A stretch of 64,000 bases of DNA from a virus: positions 1 through 64,000 of the IMG/VR virus record IMGVR_UViG_3300042007_000202; one strand, given 5' to 3'. The position numbers were made by a program, and so were the translations under genes. Shown here one piece after another: positions 1-9,612 of this stretch. How positions within the stretch are numbered: position 1 is the first letter of the stretch; each line of letters begins with the position of its first letter. The notes beneath the pieces are model-generated. The model was not told the DNA's origin, did not search any database, and saw only the letters and a list, made by a program, of their open reading frames with translations.

Positions 1-48
1 GGGGGGGGTACCCCCGCGGGGCCCGGCCGCCCGCCCGCCCGCCCGGCC

Positions 49-101
49 GTGCGACATGAGATTTGCATGCGGAGAGCGACGTATGCTAACTTCATGTCTC
101 G
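49..101 (+). promoter_or_regulatory. Family C promoter with flanking inverted repeat
   Basis: TTGCAT(63-68)-18bp-TAACTT(87-92), framed by GACATGAGATT...AACTTCATGTC. Confidence 0.75.
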
Positions 102-140
102 TCAGGGGGAAACGCCCCCACCACACTCAAGGAGCCCGCC

Positions 141-959
141 ATGGCCACCGCCTACATCGTCGCCGCCACCCCCTCCAGCCCCGAGCCCAAGCGCATCTCC
201 AACCTCAAGAGCGCCAAGGTGGAGGCCGACACCCGCGCCAAGCTGGACCGCGTGGACGTCGAGGTCCGCACCGTCGCCACCGGCAAGCTCACCTACACCG
301 CCCAGGGCGCGCCCACCCTGACCCCCGCCCCGGCGGCGCAGGCCGACGCCCCGGCCGCCGACGACGCCCCCCAGGAGGCGACGCCGGAGCCGACCGCCGC
401 CCCCGCCGAGGACAGCGACGCCGTCCCCGCCGACGAGCCCACCATCGACATGAGCGGCTTCGAGGCCGCGCTCGCCGAGGTCGTCTCCGAGAGCGACGAG
501 GACGGCGACGCCGCCCCGGCGGACGACGACGCCGAGGAGGGCTCCCAGGACGACGAGGGCGACACCCCGGCCGCCCCCGCCCAGGAAGACCACCGGGGCC
601 AGGCGGAGTGCGGCTGCTCCGTGGAGAAGATCATCGCCACCGGCGAGCACGGCAAGGGCTGCGCCGACGCCCCCAAGGCCCAGGCGGCGGCCAAGGCCGT
701 GGAGCGTGACAAGCCCACCCGCCCCGCCCGCACCGGCGGCGGCACCCGCCGGGAGGCGCTGGGCGCCAGCGCGGTGGACGGCTGGGAGCTGCTGTACGAC
801 AAGCCCAAGCAGAAGGCCCAGGTCGGCCGCAACAGCGACGGCAAGTACGCCCTCATCTGCACCACCCACAAGCACGCCCACCCGCTCACGCGGCTGGTGC
901 AGGAGCGCGGCCTGCGCGGCGGGAAGCGCTCCGTGTGGTGCCCCCAGTGCACCGACTGA
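141..959 (+). CDS. Early protein with acidic linker and C-terminal putative Zn module shared with 37242..38594
   Basis: RBS AAGGAGCCCGCC-ATG; C-terminus RREALGAS.VDGWELLYDKPK...C..H...WC..C. Confidence 0.85.
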   Translation: MATAYIVAATPSSPEPKRISNLKSAKVEADTRAKLDRVDVEVRTVATGKLTYTAQGAPTLTPAPAAQADAPAADDAPQEATPEPTAAPAEDSDAVPADEPTIDMSGFEAALAEVVSESDEDGDAAPADDDAEEGSQDDEGDTPAAPAQEDHRGQAECGCSVEKIIATGEHGKGCADAPKAQAAAKAVERDKPTRPARTGGGTRREALGASAVDGWELLYDKPKQKAQVGRNSDGKYALICTTHKHAHPLTRLVQERGLRGGKRSVWCPQCTD

Positions 960-970
960 TCCACGCAGAT
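957..970 (+). repeat. Family A 12-bp site fused to stop codon
   Basis: TGATCCACGCAGAT. Confidence 0.85.
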
Positions 971-1030
971 GAACTCGCCCGCCCGGCGCCTGCCGGGCGG
1001 GCGGCCCGCTACCGACAGGAGAACGCACCG

Positions 1031-1487
1031 CATGAACGCCACCGACAACAACATCGCGAAGCTGCCGCCGGGCTACACCCCGATCGCCCCCGGCGAGGAG
1101 CTGCCCGCCGGGCCCGCCGGGCCGTTCCGGGCGGGGAGCGCCGGAGCGATCCGGAACATCAACCCCCAGGAGGCCCGCGAGCTGATCGGCCAGGCGGCCG
1201 TGCGGTACGTGGCCGCCCGCCTGGACGGCAAGAGCGTCGCCCGGCACACCTCGCTCATGCTGCTCGGGACCTGGGAGCCCAGCCTGAACCCGATCCCGAT
1301 CACGAGCGACGGCTACCTGGTTGACGGCCTCAACCGGCTGATGGCCATCGTGATCTCCGGCACCACCCAACGCATGATCATCGAGCACGACCCGCGCCCC
1401 GTGGCCGAGCGCGGCATCGGCTTCCACTCCGGTCCCCGCGTGCGCGACATGGAGCACCTGCGCGGTCAGTCCGTCCCCGACTTCTGA
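1031..1487 (+). CDS. ParB/Srx N-terminal-like protein
   Basis: M..G.W...PI.I..DGYLVDGLNRLMAIV resembles the DG.HR ParB-N motif; RBS AGGAGA. Confidence 0.6.
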
Positions 1488-1500
1488 TCCGCGCGGATCA
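1485..1500. repeat. Family A site, perfect 16-bp palindrome
   Basis: TGATCCGCGCGGATCA overlapping the stop codon. Confidence 0.9.
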
Positions 1501-1558
1501 GAGAACCCGCCCGCCCGGCGCCCGCCGGGCGGGCTCACCCGTTAGCGAGGAGAACCGC

Positions 1559-1822
1559 ATGAAGCTCCACACCCACGCCGTAGGCAAGATCAGCGTCGTC
1601 GTCCTGGACAAGCACCGGGCCGTCCACCACGCCGCCGCCAGCACCACGGACGAGCTGTGGGCCTGGCTCCAGGAGCAGGACGCGGACGCCGCCCCCGGCA
1701 CGGCATTCTGCCTGGACGCCACCCAGTGGGCCCGGGTGGCGGCCGCCCTGGACCTGCATGGCACCGTTCACGTGGAGACCGAGTTCGACTGTGACCTCGT
1801 GGTCAGCAGGCACTTCCGCTGA
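1559..1822 (+). CDS. Hypothetical protein
   Basis: RBS GAGGAG; ends in a family A site. Confidence 0.7.
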   Translation: MKLHTHAVGKISVVVLDKHRAVHHAAASTTDELWAWLQEQDADAAPGTAFCLDATQWARVAAALDLHGTVHVETEFDCDLVVSRHFR

Positions 1823-1850
1823 TCCACGCGGATAGAAGGGGGAGTTCGCG

Positions 1851-2147
1851 GTGAGCGGACACATCGGCACGGATGACCTGCTCAGGCTGGTCAGCGCGCG
1901 CGACAGCGAATTCAGCCAGCGGCTGGAGAGGCTGGAGAGCATGTGCCGCGTGGCCATCTCGGACCTGGAGCGGCTGCTGCGTATGGCGGCGCGGGCCCAA
2001 GGCGTCCCTGAGGGGGGCCTGGAGGAGCGTGTGAGGACGGCCGTGGCCGAGGTTGTCCCGATGGCCGCCCGGCGGGCCCTGGAGGGTCACAGGAGCGCCC
2101 TGGAGGCGGCAGGCCGCGCGGAACCCGGCGCCACCGCCGGTACGTGA
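1851..2147 (+). CDS. Hypothetical protein
   Basis: RBS GGGGAG directly after a family A site. Confidence 0.6.
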   Translation: MSGHIGTDDLLRLVSARDSEFSQRLERLESMCRVAISDLERLLRMAARAQGVPEGGLEERVRTAVAEVVPMAARRALEGHRSALEAAGRAEPGATAGT

Positions 2148-2194
2148 CACAGGGTTTGCGCACGGGCCGGGGGGTTGATAGTTTGATGTCACAC
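2144..2194 (+). promoter_or_regulatory. Family C promoter
   Basis: GTGACAC...TTGCGC-17-TAGTTT...GATGTCAC. Confidence 0.7.
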
Positions 2195-2235
2195 CCCCCG
2201 GCCGCCGGGCCGGGGGCCAAGCCACCGGAGAACCC

Positions 2236-2505
2236 ATGAGCGACACCACCACCGAGACCCCGGCCGCCCAGGAGCCGCGCAAGGTCCGCGACATCGCGGC
2301 CGAGATCGACGAGAAGTGGAAGCAGCCGTACTACGGCGCGGTCCCCTACATCGAGGCGATGCGCACCCTCGACACCCCGCAGGACAGGTACCTCCACGAG
2401 GAGGGCGAGGGAATCATCCGCCGGTTCCTGGTGAACGCCTCCCGCTGGCGCGGCGACGACGCCCGCCGCATCAAGGCCGAGCTGAAGGCCATGGTCGGCA
2501 TGTAG
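2236..2505 (+). CDS. Conserved phage hypothetical protein
   Basis: GAVPYIEAM...WRGDDARRIKAELK motif recalled from phage proteins; RBS GGAG. Confidence 0.75.
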   Translation: MSDTTTETPAAQEPRKVRDIAAEIDEKWKQPYYGAVPYIEAMRTLDTPQDRYLHEEGEGIIRRFLVNASRWRGDDARRIKAELKAMVGM

Positions 2506-2565
2506 CCAGCCCGCCGCCCGGCCGCCCGGCCGGGCGGCCAACCCCGCAGCCCTGGAGCGATCTAC

Positions 2566-2976
2566 GTGGATGAGCAGAGCCATACCGAGATCTGGGGCGA
2601 CGCAGAGGAAGAGGACGACGGCACGCAGGTGTGGACCCCTGACGGCCGCGTCCGGCTCATGGCGTTCCGCTGCACCACCTGCATCTTCCGTCCGGGCAAC
2701 TTGATGCACTTGGCGCCCGGCCGGGTGAAGGACATGGTGGAGGCGGTGATCCGCCGGGAGGGCCACATCCCCTGCCACGACACCCTGAGCTACAACCTCG
2801 GAGACCTGCCCGGAGCCATCTGCCGGGGCCAGGAACAGCACCCCAAGGCTGGGCCCCGGTCCATGTTCCTGCGCATCGCCCTGGCCCAGGGGGAGATCGT
2901 CCTGCTGCACCCGGACGGCCGGGAGGAGCGCGTGCCCTACACCGCCTTGCCGTCCGCCTACGAGGAAGAGGGCTGA
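2566..2976 (+). CDS. Cys/His putative metal-binding protein
   Basis: CTTC...CH...CRG pattern. Confidence 0.7.
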   Translation: MDEQSHTEIWGDAEEEDDGTQVWTPDGRVRLMAFRCTTCIFRPGNLMHLAPGRVKDMVEAVIRREGHIPCHDTLSYNLGDLPGAICRGQEQHPKAGPRSMFLRIALAQGEIVLLHPDGREERVPYTALPSAYEEEG

Positions 2977-3020
2977 GGGGCCCCCGGCTCGGGGGCCCGC
3001 TCCGCTTTCATGCACAGGGA

Positions 3021-3070
3021 GTGACACAAGGTTTGCGCACGCGCGTCGTGTCAGATAGCGTGATCACACA
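3021..3070 (+). promoter_or_regulatory. Family C promoter
   Basis: GTGACACAAGGT TTGCGC-17-TAGCGT. Confidence 0.65.
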
Positions 3071-3095
3071 CGGTACCGACAGAGAGGACCAAGCC

Positions 3096-3452
3096 ATGGG
3101 CGAGGAGCCCAGCGACATGGAGCTGGCGCCCGGCCAGCGGCTGCGCGCCGTCTACCACCAGAACAACCACGGCCCGCAAGGAGCCATCGAGCCGACGATC
3201 GAGGAGTTCCAGTCGATCACCCGGGCCCTGGACGAGTTCGCCGGGCGCGCCCGGTTCCAGCGCGGCCTCGTCCGCGAAGCGGGCAGACTCGGACCGCCCG
3301 AGCCCACCCACTGGCCCGACGGCGACGACACCGCGTTCATGGACGTGTGGCTGGTCGACCCGGCCGACGACCAGGAGCCCGGCATTCCCGACGCGCCCTG
3401 GCAGCGCTGGACCTGGGGCGACGACGGCCAGATCCACCGCCAGGACATCTAG
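3096..3452 (+). CDS. Hypothetical protein
   Basis: RBS GAGGACCAAGCC-ATG. Confidence 0.7.
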   Translation: MGEEPSDMELAPGQRLRAVYHQNNHGPQGAIEPTIEEFQSITRALDEFAGRARFQRGLVREAGRLGPPEPTHWPDGDDTAFMDVWLVDPADDQEPGIPDAPWQRWTWGDDGQIHRQDI

Positions 3453-3619
3453 GAGACGCCCGTGGGCTACAGGCTGCTGACCGAAGACGCGGCCTGCCTC
3501 GGCCTGGGCGCCGCCCTGGACTACGCCCGCGCCCTCAGCAAAGGAGCTGAGCAGCGCGCCAGCGAGGCCGCACAGGCGGCCGAGCACGAACGATCCACCG
3601 AGAGCATGAAGGGCATCAC

Positions 3620-3931
3620 GTGAACAAGAACCAGCTCGCCATCGCCATCGCCGACCGAGTGAACAGCGGGGCCAGTGGCGCGACCAAGGTCAGCCAGGCC
3701 CAGGCCAAGGCGTTCCTGGACGCCTTCACCGGGATCGTGCAGGACTCCGTGGCCGCAGGGGAGAAGGTCGTGATCCCCGGCTTCGGCACGTGGGAGAGGA
3801 AGTTCTCCGCCGCACGCACCGCGACGAACCCGGCCAACGGCGAGAAGATCGACGTCCCCGGCCGCTACCGCGCGGCCTTCAAGGTCGGCTCCATCTTCAA
3901 GGACACCGTGAGCCCGGCGGGCGCCGCATGA
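3620..3931 (+). CDS. HU family histone-like DNA-binding protein
   Basis: MNK.QL...GEKVVIPGFGTW...ARTATNPANGEKIDVP...FK.G..FKD.V. Confidence 0.92.
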   Translation: MNKNQLAIAIADRVNSGASGATKVSQAQAKAFLDAFTGIVQDSVAAGEKVVIPGFGTWERKFSAARTATNPANGEKIDVPGRYRAAFKVGSIFKDTVSPAGAA

Positions 3932-4052
3932 GCCTGGGAAGGCGGCGCCGCCCGGGGCGCCGCCGCCGTGGCCCCGGCGAGGCCGTGTGGGAGTGGCTGG
4001 GCGAAGGGCTGGACTGGTTGCTGGGCCGTTTCGGAAGGGCGGCACACGACCG

Positions 4053-4565
4053 ATGGTGACCTTCCCCAGCCAGTACGTGGTGATGGGCTGGCACCAGAAC
4101 CGCTCGGCCGCGCAGGCCTGTGAACCGGGGCCCGGCGGTGACGGGTGGTACCGGCCCGAGGCCTGGCACCGTCCGGAGTTCCGGGAGGGGGATGGCGCCA
4201 GGGTCGCCCGCGACCTGCTGGACTCCTACCTGGCCGACAGCCCCGTAGCGCTCGCGCACATCGGCTACCTCGTCGACCTGTACGCCCGCCCGGCCGGGCG
4301 GGCGGCCGGGCGGGCGGCCGACCTGGCGAGCGAGGCAGGAGTCCGCGCGGTCACCGCCGTGGCCACGTGGCTGGACGAGGCTCTGTACGGCCAGGGCCGC
4401 GAGCAGTTCCCCAAGGGGGAGCGCTACCCGCTCCAGGTCACCGCCGACAGCATGGCGCGCGGGGACTTCTGCCGGATGAACTTCCGCGAGCTGGTGGCCG
4501 ATTGCCTGGCTCGGGGGGTTTCCCCCGCGCCGATCTCTCCCGGCCGCGTCGGGCGTCCTGTCTGA
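4053..4565 (+). CDS. Hypothetical protein with an in-frame family B repeat
   Basis: ORF in the operon; RPAGRAAGRAA is encoded by 4284-4320. Confidence 0.6.
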   Translation: MVTFPSQYVVMGWHQNRSAAQACEPGPGGDGWYRPEAWHRPEFREGDGARVARDLLDSYLADSPVALAHIGYLVDLYARPAGRAAGRAADLASEAGVRAVTAVATWLDEALYGQGREQFPKGERYPLQVTADSMARGDFCRMNFRELVADCLARGVSPAPISPGRVGRPV

Positions 4566-4663
4566 ATTCCCGCCCGCCGCATGGCATGATGCACGAGCGA
4601 GGCCCCGCTACCTCTTCATCGGATTCAGACACGGTGGGTGGCGGGGCCTTACTCGTTCCTGGA

Positions 4664-4716
4664 GTGAGACACGAGATTTGCCCACACGGATGCGTGATGA
4701 TAATCTTGTGTCTCAC
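4664..4716 (+). promoter_or_regulatory. Family C promoter (best-conserved inverted repeat)
   Basis: GTGAGACACGAGATT...AATCTTGTGTCTCAC (14/15 arm match); TTGCCC-17-TAATCT. Confidence 0.8.
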
Positions 4717-4743
4717 GGCATGCAGGAGAACGAGGAGGCCACG

Positions 4744-5055
4744 ATGTACCGGACCCGCACCCGCCGCCACCACCGCGCCACCATCCTGGGCGCCCGCCGC
4801 CAGCCCGCGCTGATCACGGCACGCACCCTCCTGGACCGGCTCGGCCTCGGTGACGACTTCGCCGCCCGGTACGCCTCCCAGATCACCCGCACCGCCCGCC
4901 GCCTGGGCATCACCCCCGCCGCCCGCACCTGGACCCGCCACAACGGCCGCCAGCGCCCCACCGCCGCCTACGACCTGGCCACACAGGCGCTCGACCTGAT
5001 CCGTACCGTCATCGCCTACAAGCGCACGGCCGAAGCCTTCGGCCTGACCGCCTGA
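4744..5055 (+). CDS. Basic hypothetical protein
   Basis: RBS GAGGAGG; ends in a family A site. Confidence 0.75.
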   Translation: MYRTRTRRHHRATILGARRQPALITARTLLDRLGLGDDFAARYASQITRTARRLGITPAARTWTRHNGRQRPTAAYDLATQALDLIRTVIAYKRTAEAFGLTA

Positions 5056-5082
5056 TCCACGCAGATAGGACACCGACCCGCC

Positions 5083-6015
5083 ATGAGCGAAAACCGCACC
5101 CCCACCCCAGGCAAGAACGCCTGGATCGCCCGGCCGCGCCCCTACGAGAACGAGACGGTCAGCGTGGAGCGCGCCGCCGCCAACGTGCCGGACGGCTTCA
5201 CCCGCGACGTCGTCCTGTCCCAGGTGATCGACGAGCCCGGCAAGGGAGGCACGAACCCGCCCCGCCGGGAGATCCGCACCCGCATGCACGCCGCCGACGC
5301 CATCACCCTCGGCATCCACCTGGTGGAGAACGGCATCAACGCCGAGCAGCGCAACGCCGAGGAAGGCGCAGGAGCCCAGCGCACCCCCTACTTCGAGCAC
5401 CCGGCGGGCGACGACGACCGGCGGATGCCCGAGGACTTCGCCCGCACCAACCTCCGGCTCCTGGACGCGGCACTGGCGCGCGTCCAGCACTGGCAGGACA
5501 CCCACCCCGACGTGGCCGACTACCGCATCACCGGCTTCCTCAACGAAGGCCGAAAGGTCCGCAGCTACCTGCGGTACCTGTCGGACGACACCACCCCCGA
5601 CCTGGACGCCGCCCGCGCCGAGCTGGTGCGCAGCGGCTTCTTCGACGACGAGGAGCCCGCCGAGCAGCGGCGCGCCACCGCCCGCGCCGTCGGCATCCCG
5701 GAGGAGGCCGTGGAACCCGGCGCCCGCACCGGCCACGCGGCCACCGACGCCCGCCTGGCATCGGGCGAGGCCGCCCAGGGCAAGGTGCCCCGGCTGGGGG
5801 TGTACGGCCGGTACTTCGTCACGGCCAACACCAGCATCATGGTGCAGATCGCCAGCCTGGAGCCGGAGCACGTGCAGCTCAAAGTCGTGGACAGCGCGGC
5901 CGACGAGTACCCCGACGGCATCAAGGCGCCGTACTCCGAACTGGGCACCTGGCTCATCCTGGACGACCCCTCCAACTGGGTCGACATCAAGATCGGCCAC
6001 CCCGTCGCCGACTGA
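5083..6015 (+). CDS. Hypothetical protein
   Basis: Bounded by family A sites on both sides. Confidence 0.8.
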   Translation: MSENRTPTPGKNAWIARPRPYENETVSVERAAANVPDGFTRDVVLSQVIDEPGKGGTNPPRREIRTRMHAADAITLGIHLVENGINAEQRNAEEGAGAQRTPYFEHPAGDDDRRMPEDFARTNLRLLDAALARVQHWQDTHPDVADYRITGFLNEGRKVRSYLRYLSDDTTPDLDAARAELVRSGFFDDEEPAEQRRATARAVGIPEEAVEPGARTGHAATDARLASGEAAQGKVPRLGVYGRYFVTANTSIMVQIASLEPEHVQLKVVDSAADEYPDGIKAPYSELGTWLILDDPSNWVDIKIGHPVAD

Positions 6016-6046
6016 TCCACGCAGACAGAGAACCGAGGACCAAGCC

Positions 6047-6733
6047 ATGCCCGAATTCCCCGTCCGCCTGGTGCCCGTCACCGGCGGCTACTCCCTCCAC
6101 TACGACGCCTGCGACTGCCCCGACGCCGACCGGCCCGGCCGCTCCCGCATCATGGCCGTCGGCTCCGCCCACGAGGCCCTGGCCAAGTTCCACGCCGAGT
6201 ACCCCTGCGGCCTCGCACAGCCCGCGCGGATCGTCCGCCGGGAGTGCGCGGCCAACGTGCCCATGCAGCCGCTGGAGCCGATGAGCTGGCAGGAGCGCCA
6301 CGGCTACTACGTGCGGGAGGCCGCGCGCGTCATTTTCGACCACGCGAAGCACATGGCCAGCGTGAACGACCGTGACGGCGCGGACTTTCAGCAGTCCCGG
6401 TTCGCGGACGGCCGCCTGGTCCCGTTCTGGGCGCCGGACAAAGACCACGTCCGCAGGCAGGTCCGCACCGCCTACACCGCCATGACGCTCATGATCTGCG
6501 TGAAAGGCGTGAAGGACCCCCGCGAACAGGCCGAGCAGCTCATCGCGCAGACGGAGGAGGTGTACCGGCGAGAGACGGAGACACTGCTCACCGACACCAT
6601 CCAGCACGCCGACGCCCTGGACGCCGCCTACGCCCGGCTTGAGCGCATGGCCGCCGTCCAGCTCACCGGCTGGCTTCGCTTCACCCTCTCCAGCATCGTC
6701 GCGCACAGGGCGCTGCGCGGCGCCGTCGAATAG
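6047..6733 (+). CDS. Hypothetical protein
   Basis: RBS GAGGACCAAGCC-ATG. Confidence 0.75.
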   Translation: MPEFPVRLVPVTGGYSLHYDACDCPDADRPGRSRIMAVGSAHEALAKFHAEYPCGLAQPARIVRRECAANVPMQPLEPMSWQERHGYYVREAARVIFDHAKHMASVNDRDGADFQQSRFADGRLVPFWAPDKDHVRRQVRTAYTAMTLMICVKGVKDPREQAEQLIAQTEEVYRRETETLLTDTIQHADALDAAYARLERMAAVQLTGWLRFTLSSIVAHRALRGAVE

Positions 6734-6744
6734 GAGCCGACCCC

Positions 6745-7242
6745 ATGGCCGACATGATCAACTGGCCGGTGCGCACCGGCCTCTACGACGACAGCGGCGA
6801 AGGCGGGATGTTCGCCTACCTCGTGGTGAGCGAACCCCAGGCCCCCGACGACGCGTGCCACGTGGACGTCCACGCGTTCCTGAGCGAGCCGGACGTGCGG
6901 CTGCCGTACCGGATGGCCGAGCCCCGGCTGTGGGGCTCGGAGGACTACCACGACCGCGCCCGCACCAAGCTGCACGCGGCCCGCGCCGCGCTGGAGCGCG
7001 CGGGCGAAGACGAGCTGGCGAAGAGCCTGGCCGGGCTGCGCGGCGACGACGAGCTGTCACTGCCGCTGCGGGCGGCGGTGTTCCTGGGCGCCACCGGCGC
7101 GTCCCTGGTCCACAGGGGCCTCGGGGGCTACTTCGAGGCCACCCCGGGCGACCTGACGGTCACCGGGCGAGCCGTGTACGAGGCCCTGGCCAAGGAGCAC
7201 GGCGAGCGGGCCGTGCACATCATCACCTTCCTGGACACCTGA
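6745..7242 (+). CDS. Hypothetical protein
   Basis: RBS AGGAG; ends in a family A site. Confidence 0.75.
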   Translation: MADMINWPVRTGLYDDSGEGGMFAYLVVSEPQAPDDACHVDVHAFLSEPDVRLPYRMAEPRLWGSEDYHDRARTKLHAARAALERAGEDELAKSLAGLRGDDELSLPLRAAVFLGATGASLVHRGLGGYFEATPGDLTVTGRAVYEALAKEHGERAVHIITFLDT

Positions 7243-7263
7243 TCCACGCAGATAGGAGCACAG

Positions 7264-7692
7264 ATGAGCACCTGCTTCCTGATCGCCCGGCCGGACCCGG
7301 CCGACCCGGAACGGTGGGCCGGAGTCACGGGGCATGCCAACGGGATGCCGACCGACGTCGGACGGCACCTGTTCGCGCACGTCGTGACGCACTTCAGCAG
7401 CGACCCGGAAGCGGCGGCCGTCCACTTCATCGACCAGCACGTGGGCGGCTGGCGCTTCCTGACCGAGGTGTTCGGCCGGAACGAGTGCTACTGCCACGAC
7501 TTCGGTGAGCCCGACGCCGACGCCCGCGCCACCCACGAGCACGCGGGCGGCATCGACTGGACGTACGTGATGCGGCCGGGGGGCCTGGAGATCCGCCGGT
7601 GGGACTACGGCGTGGTCGCCACCGTGCCGTGGGGCCAGGAGCGCGTGGACTGGCAGGCCATCGAGGAGAAGGCGTACGCCCGCTGGAGCTAA
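7264..7692 (+). CDS. Conserved phage hypothetical protein
   Basis: MST..I...H.NG.P...G..L pattern; RBS is continuous with the family A site. Confidence 0.75.
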   Translation: MSTCFLIARPDPADPERWAGVTGHANGMPTDVGRHLFAHVVTHFSSDPEAAAVHFIDQHVGGWRFLTEVFGRNECYCHDFGEPDADARATHEHAGGIDWTYVMRPGGLEIRRWDYGVVATVPWGQERVDWQAIEEKAYARWS

Positions 7693-7706
7693 TGCGGACA
7701 ACCAGC

Positions 7707-7743
7707 ATGCGCACCCCGGCCGGTATGGCTAATCTCGTGTCAC
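7707..7743 (+). promoter_or_regulatory. Family C promoter (right arm only)
   Basis: ATGCGC-17-TAATCT CGTGTCAC. Confidence 0.6.
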
Positions 7744-7780
7744 CCGGCCGGGGGCGCCCGGCTATCAGTGAGGAGGTCTG

Positions 7781-8080
7781 ATGTCCGCACGAAGCAAGGG
7801 GCAGAAGCGGCAGGCGCAGGCGAACGGCGAAGCCGCCCGCAAGGAACTGGAGCTGCGGCTGACGCAGTTGCAGCAGGAGGACTACGTGATGCCCGGCTGG
7901 CAGACGGCCTTCGACGACGCCGCCAAGCGCGTCATGGTCCTGTTCCAGCCGTGCCACGTGGGGATGCCGGAGGCCCTGACGGAGGCCGAGTTCCGCATGT
8001 GGCTGCGCGGGTGGGACGCCCGGCGGGCCGCCGTGATGGCCCGCCGCCCGCGCCCGGAGCGGGTCCCGCAGGGAGACTGA
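7781..8080 (+). CDS. Hypothetical protein
   Basis: RBS GAGGAGG. Confidence 0.7.
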   Translation: MSARSKGQKRQAQANGEAARKELELRLTQLQQEDYVMPGWQTAFDDAAKRVMVLFQPCHVGMPEALTEAEFRMWLRGWDARRAAVMARRPRPERVPQGD

Positions 8081-8384
8081 CGCGGACGCGGTGCGCGTGT
8101 GATAACTTCATGTCTCCCCCTACGTGGAGGTGTGATGCGCACATACCTGGTCCCGGTCGGCTGCGGCCACCTGCACACCGTGCAACAGTGGCCCTCCCTC
8201 AACCACGCGGATGAGACCCCGCAACCCCCGGCGCCCGTCCGCTGGTTCTCGGACGACTACATCGGCTTCCAGCCCTACAGCCGCCCCTACTCTCAGCCCT
8301 ACACCACCCCCTACTCCAGGCCCTACCCCTAACCGCCCGCCCGGCCGCCCGGCCGGGCGGGCGGCCGGAAGGAGAACCGCCCCC

Positions 8385-8765
8385 ATGCCGCTCTGGACGG
8401 CCGCCCGCCGCGTACTGGCCCGCGCCCGCCGCCGCCCCACCCCCCAGGAACGCCTGCTCCACGGAGAAACCATCCCGCTCCACCTCGGCCCCAACCTGGT
8501 AATCGAAGTCAGCCTCCACCACGGCCTGACCAAACGCTTCACCGAGACGGACGCCATGGACGACGACGAGGGCTACCGGCTGCTCCTGGCCGCCCGCGAA
8601 GCCCTCCACCACCCCCAGCCCCCCCGCCGCCGAGGCGACCTTCCGGCGATGCCCGACCCCCACAACCCCGGTGTGCGTACGATCCCCATCGCGCTCACCC
8701 ACCGGCAGAACAGGTACGTGGGCGACATCCTGGCCGCCTACTTCCGGCTGATCAACGAGGAGTGA
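8385..8765 (+). CDS. Hypothetical protein
   Basis: RBS AAGGAG. Confidence 0.65.
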   Translation: MPLWTAARRVLARARRRPTPQERLLHGETIPLHLGPNLVIEVSLHHGLTKRFTETDAMDDDEGYRLLLAAREALHHPQPPRRRGDLPAMPDPHNPGVRTIPIALTHRQNRYVGDILAAYFRLINEE

Positions 8766-9022
8766 AAACCGTGTCTGAGCCCGCCGCCCGCCCCGAGCCG
8801 GAGAAGGAGCCCTACCGCTTCCCGCCCGAGCTGGAACCCTACCGCCCCCTCCTGGCGTTCCCCGGCCGCGAAGAGGAGCTGATGAACTCCCCGGCCACCC
8901 CCTTCAACAACTGGCCGGTCTACGCCATGCACTGCATCATGGACGGCCAGCTCTCACTGCTGGCCCGCCTGCACGCCGCCGGGCTGCTGCGCCCCGCCCC
9001 CGCCCAGGAGCCCCAGACATGA
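8762..9022 (+). CDS. Hypothetical protein
   Basis: GTGA translational coupling. Confidence 0.65.
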   Translation: MKTVSEPAARPEPEKEPYRFPPELEPYRPLLAFPGREEELMNSPATPFNNWPVYAMHCIMDGQLSLLARLHAAGLLRPAPAQEPQT

Positions 9023-9612
9023 AGCACCTCAGCGAAGGCGAGCCGCAGCAGATCCTCAACGCACTCAAGCGCGCCCTCAACGCCCGGACCGGCTGGGACC
9101 AGCCCCCGGAGTGGGGGAACATCTACCGGACGGACAACGGCCGGATGCGGTGCACCCCGCTCCCGGTCCCCGAATTCATGTGGACCCAGGGCAACGGCGA
9201 CCCGAAGAACCTGCTGGCGGGGTTCCGCGACATCATCAGCGCGCCGCGCGGCGCCAACCAGCGCAACACCGCCGCCACAATCCGGGCCAGCATCCCCGAC
9301 GCCCTGACGGGCCTGTACATCGTGACCGAGGCCTGGGCGCCCCCGCCCATGCAGCAGCACGCCATCTTGAAGGCGCGCGAGCGAGGCGAGCCGACACCGC
9401 GCTTCAAGGACATGGAGGGCCGGGTGGAGACGCGCCAGGCGTGCGCCGTGGACCTGGACATGCGCCTCTACATGGCCACCCAGCCCCGCTCCACCATGGT
9501 CCTCGACGGCCTCATCGACGACCTGACGGCAGACGTGAGGGTGGAGGGGGCGATCCCCGAGCTGCTGTTCGGCATGCTCACCGCGATCGCGAGCGAGAGG
9601 ATCTCACGGTGA
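9019..9612 (+). CDS. Hypothetical protein, paralog of the next gene
   Basis: WDQPPEWG and EAWAPP motifs. Confidence 0.8.
   Translation: MKHLSEGEPQQILNALKRALNARTGWDQPPEWGNIYRTDNGRMRCTPLPVPEFMWTQGNGDPKNLLAGFRDIISAPRGANQRNTAATIRASIPDALTGLYIVTEAWAPPPMQQHAILKARERGEPTPRFKDMEGRVETRQACAVDLDMRLYMATQPRSTMVLDGLIDDLTADVRVEGAIPELLFGMLTAIASERISR

Noticed and set aside
8272-8332. CCCTAC repeats with 12-bp period, and 3x ACCCGATGG at about 9613-9640
   Set aside because: Short in-frame low-complexity peptide repeats (xPYx, PMD); no sign of phase variation
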